From Nemertoderma westbladi (Eukaryota > Animalia > Xenacoelomorpha), in NCBI GenBank assembly GCA_032718475.1, contig JAUCBJ010001668.1, positions 1-64,000 on the forward strand: a DNA stretch of 64,000 nucleotides, read 5' to 3'. The notes below the pieces were generated by a model. The model had not been told where the DNA came from, ran no database searches, and saw nothing but the letters and a program-made list of their open reading frames with translations. Shown here one piece after another: positions 61,728 through 64,000 of the stretch. Within the stretch, counting starts at the first letter, position 1. Every line of letters starts with the position of its first letter. The translations under genes and the position numbers were made by a program.

Positions 61728-62599
61728 TTAAAGAAGCCTAAGCGGAGAATTTTTTAGAAGCCCAATATAACCTGTGCTGAGACATCTCTAGTTGATTTCT
61801 TAACTCCACCATACTATGTACCACCTCTTTTAGCTAAGATACCATTATATGAACTGTATTCTAAACTAGAACAAGGACCTATAGTTTGGGAGTTTCCTTG
61901 CCATACTGCAGATGATTGTACAATGCATCAGCAAGGCATCTTAAAGGGTATGTGGCTCCACAAATAGAGATGGTTTAATCCGATCTCAGCTTAAGAGTCA
62001 AGCAGAAATGCCATTGTTCTCTTCAAAGAAGCACTTCTGTTTAAAGCGCAAAATAAAGTAGACTTTATCTGACCTTCCTGATTTAAAGGCTCTAACTCTG
62101 AACTACTGTCTGTGTAAGGAACAATTTGTACAAAACATAGATATGTTGAATAAACTACTTGTCACCCCTTTGTGTTTTGTTAAATATATTGCATTTCTCA
62201 TTTTTCTTAATAATAATTCATTGAGAAACGATGTCTTGACATGCCTTGAAGATGCGGATGAACTAGCAAATGTCATGGGTGTTAGTGTGTTGTGGTGGTG
62301 CAATTTTGTTCGACAAGCCAGTACAGCATTCTTAAAAATGTAGCTGCATGCCGATCCTAATAGTAGTATCCCCTTCGAAAGTCAAGAAAATGTATAGGCC
62401 TACCGATACAAGTACCAGTATTACTAGTAGTGCTCTACCTGAAGAGGTAGTAACTCAAAATCCACCAGCGATCAGGGAAAAGATCATTTCTAAAAAACCC
62501 ACTTCAACATCAAATACAGCTACTGGTAAATCAAAATATCTGCATAAAACTGGTCAAATTGAAGAAGATATTACTAGAGTTCATAAAGTTGAATAAAGA

Positions 62600-64000
62600 C
62601 ATAGGTAATAGGTATGGCCCTAACCCAACATTTCCATGTATTTATGATGGTTTGCCAAAGATAATTGGTCCACTTACTGACTTATACGTTTTTAAAGTTG
62701 TTACTAACTGGGATGTTCTACTTGAGATAGTTTGTTTCTGTTCAATCTAATTTATATGCAACTCAGAATGGGCGTAATTTTATAATAATTAATAGTGAAG
62801 AGTTCAGTGCGTTTTTTGGTTTACACTTTGTAATGTCATATATAAAGATACCAACTTTAAAATATTATTGGTCAACATCTCCAGATTTTATTACTCCTAC
62901 AATTTCCCATGTCATGACTCATTTTCGATTTGCTGATATTTTAATGAATCTACATGTCTCAATTAATGAACTGGAAATACCAAGGGATCAAGAAGTCCAT
63001 GACAGAGCTGCAAAAGTTCGGCCCATGATTATTCATTTGAACCAATCATTTTTACAATGTAAAAATCTCTTGAGCAGGCAATTGATGAACACATGGTATA
63101 ATTCAAAGGCCATCAAATAATGAAGCAGTATGTTAAAGGTAAGCCAATAAGATATGGTTTCAAAATGTAGATAGTGTTCGGCGAAAACAGGTTATGTTGA
63201 GAAGATGGATATATATACCAGTAAGAAGAAAGGAGGTCCTGAACTGGGATTAGGTGAGTCAGTGGTTCCACAGCTTGTAGAGGAGTTACACAACAGCTTC
63301 ATTACTTTAGCTTGCTCTTTTATGCCTCCAAATTTAGTTACACATTTAACAGAACGTAAAATATATGTTGTAGGAACGTGCTGAATAAATCGGAAGAATT
63401 TCCCTTTTGACCTTTTTAAATCAGACAAGTCAATGAAACGTGGGGATATTGATTGGAGAGCAGCAGGTCCAATGGTTGCTACAAAATGGGTGGACAATAG
63501 GTCTGTATGTATGTGGATAACTTTCTGAATCCAAACTCAACTGTAACTGTTTTGCGGTGTCAACAAGGGAGCTCATAGAAATTGTCTGTCACTTGTCCTA
63601 AAACTATTCATGTATATAACCAACTGATGGGGGTGCGGACTTATGTGACCAACTGAAAGCGACCTGATATGAGGTAGATAGAAAATCCAAAGTAATTTTA
63701 TCTTCGTATTATTTTCGATCTTTTGGATGTCGCCATGGTGAATGCCTTTCGCCTCCAGGAGTTGTTAACTGGGGTAAAGAGTTCTCTAATTACTTATAAA
63801 CGAAGTGTTGCTCTTGCTTTAATTGAAGGTTTATCTTGGCGTACACGAGCGCCACCACATCAGTTTAGCCTCAACAGATCCAGACCATTGATTTCTTCGT
63901 CACATACAAGTATTGCATTTACCTGAGATTGGTGAATGTGGTCGCTGTGCTAACTGTTCAATGTATAAAGTTGAAAATAGAATAAATATCCGCTGCAAAA
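62600..64000 (+). pseudogene. piggyBac (PGBD-like) transposase remnant
   Basis: YYWST, MTHFRF..I..NLH, DRAAKVRP, IDEHMV, QYVKGKPIRYGFK, KWVDNRSV, YNQLMG, LDVAMVNAF; many breaks; runs off the window. Confidence 0.85.

Larger units (their letters stand above)
55554..62050 (+). mobile_element. Degenerate hAT-like (hATm-type) transposon, interrupted by Kolobok and piggyBac
   Basis: LFDFAACKC, LYFDGKKDTT, GCD..NVNTGWK, LQHVVCLLHINELPL..LDGPTTG, STDQKYL up to about 57495; C-terminus FPCHT..RDGLIR..MP resumes after 61731. Confidence 0.65.

Overview
AT-rich eukaryotic (invertebrate-like) DNA made almost entirely of nested transposable elements; all calls are by eye, with no database search. The centrepiece is a full-length 18.8-kb Polinton/Maverick (adintovirus-like endogenous virus, 21560-40377; 315-bp AGTAGT TIRs, 6-bp TSD TCCACC). 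It inserted inside a coding exon of a host trypsin-like serine protease. It carries the usual core genes (pPolB with an HNH/EndoVII-like insert, rve integrase, packaging ATPase, major capsid, two penton-like genes, adenain protease); several of these have stops or frameshifts. Its unusual cargo is an intact TATA-binding-protein (TBP)-like gene overlapping the end of pPolB, a possible PC4-like protein, a RING protein, a Pol III A-box/B-box/T4 unit, and a 5x157-bp array containing a splice-site-flanked 28-nt micro-exon. A second highlight is a 4.66-kb IS3EU-type transposon (8653-13309, TSD CAGGAC, empty site visible in the window) carrying an intact intronless alpha-kinase. The rest comprises a deleted THAP/P element, a duplicated TIR element, three piggyBac-type MITEs, a non-autonomous IS3EU, remnants of LINE, Penelope, mariner, Harbinger, hAT, Kolobok and piggyBac elements, and the last exon of a second protease paralog.
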